Assembly (NCBI GenBank): GCA_001275005.1
Contig: JWZX01003320.1
Location: forward strand, 54,764 to 74,763
DNA length: 20,000 nucleotides
From: Chrysochromulina tobinii
Taxonomy: Eukaryota
Direction of reading: 5' to 3'
Part shown: in pieces, positions 19,538-20,000 of the stretch
How the letters are laid out: every line of letters starts with the position of its first letter
Numbering within the stretch: the stretch's first letter is position 1
Notes under the pieces: model-generated
What the model saw: the letters and a program-made list of their open reading frames with translations, nothing else
Told to the model about the DNA's origin: nothing
The model's database searches: none
Program-made: the position numbers and the translations under genes

Positions 19538-20000
19538 CAACTCGCCGCCCTCAAAGCCTGGCCGGCCGCCTTCGAGCATAAAAACAAGAAGTTCAAGACA
19601 ACGCGCGACGAAACTCAATTGAACGAAACAAATTGCCTTCCCGTGAGAATGGCGGGAGTCCGAGACAATCTGCTTACATGTAATAAACAGGCCGTTACTC
19701 GGTGGCATGTGAGGGAGAGGCTGAGCTCTCCCCCGAAAGTCATAGTAATCCGCGAGTGAAGTCGATCTCTGATGAACGAGTACGGTCGCGTTGCGCCGTT
19801 GGCGGCCGCGCCCACCCGGGCATTTCACTCCTTTCGAGAACTACCAGAAAGCCCATCCCCGGATGGCAGCGGTCGAATGGCCGCTCTATAAAACAGCCTC
19901 ACGGGGCTGACCGGGATTGGGGTTATTTTCGATACAAGAAAAGGGAGTTTTCGATACAAGATATCATTATATATCATCATATATCTTTATTATATCATTG

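Noticed and set aside
19920..20000. AT-rich tail with a TTTTCGATACAAGA duplication and TATATC repeats
   Set aside because: Truncated by the window edge; too little sequence to interpret.

Overview
GC-rich eukaryotic genomic DNA with spliceosomal introns; the composition and minisatellite-filled introns suggest a haptophyte alga (Chrysochromulina-like; inference only). In order, it holds: (1) the 5' end of a minus-strand gene with a Skp1/BTB-POZ-like start; (2) a 10-exon voltage-gated, cyclic-nucleotide-binding-domain K+ channel gene (413-5848, about 1070 aa by manual splicing); (3) a ~570-610 bp duplication of that gene's 3' end around a 785-bp spacer; (4) a large single-pass surface protein with 10+7 beta-propeller-type repeats, a trefoil-like domain, one frameshift and one intron; (5) a minus-strand membrane-anchored protein with two sulfotransferase-like domains; (6) a minus-strand coiled-coil protein with a frameshift. 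The most unusual signal is in the channel gene's introns. Eight of nine contain near-exact copies of their own splice sites, seven of them with adjacent exon sequence, separated by CTGAT-containing minisatellites or a recurring ~40-50-nt 3'-splice-site cassette. Several resolve into stacked 65-82-nt GT..AG units joined at AG|GT with no exon between them, suggesting a duplication-driven intron-building or recursive-splicing system. All gene models were built by eye; no searches were run.
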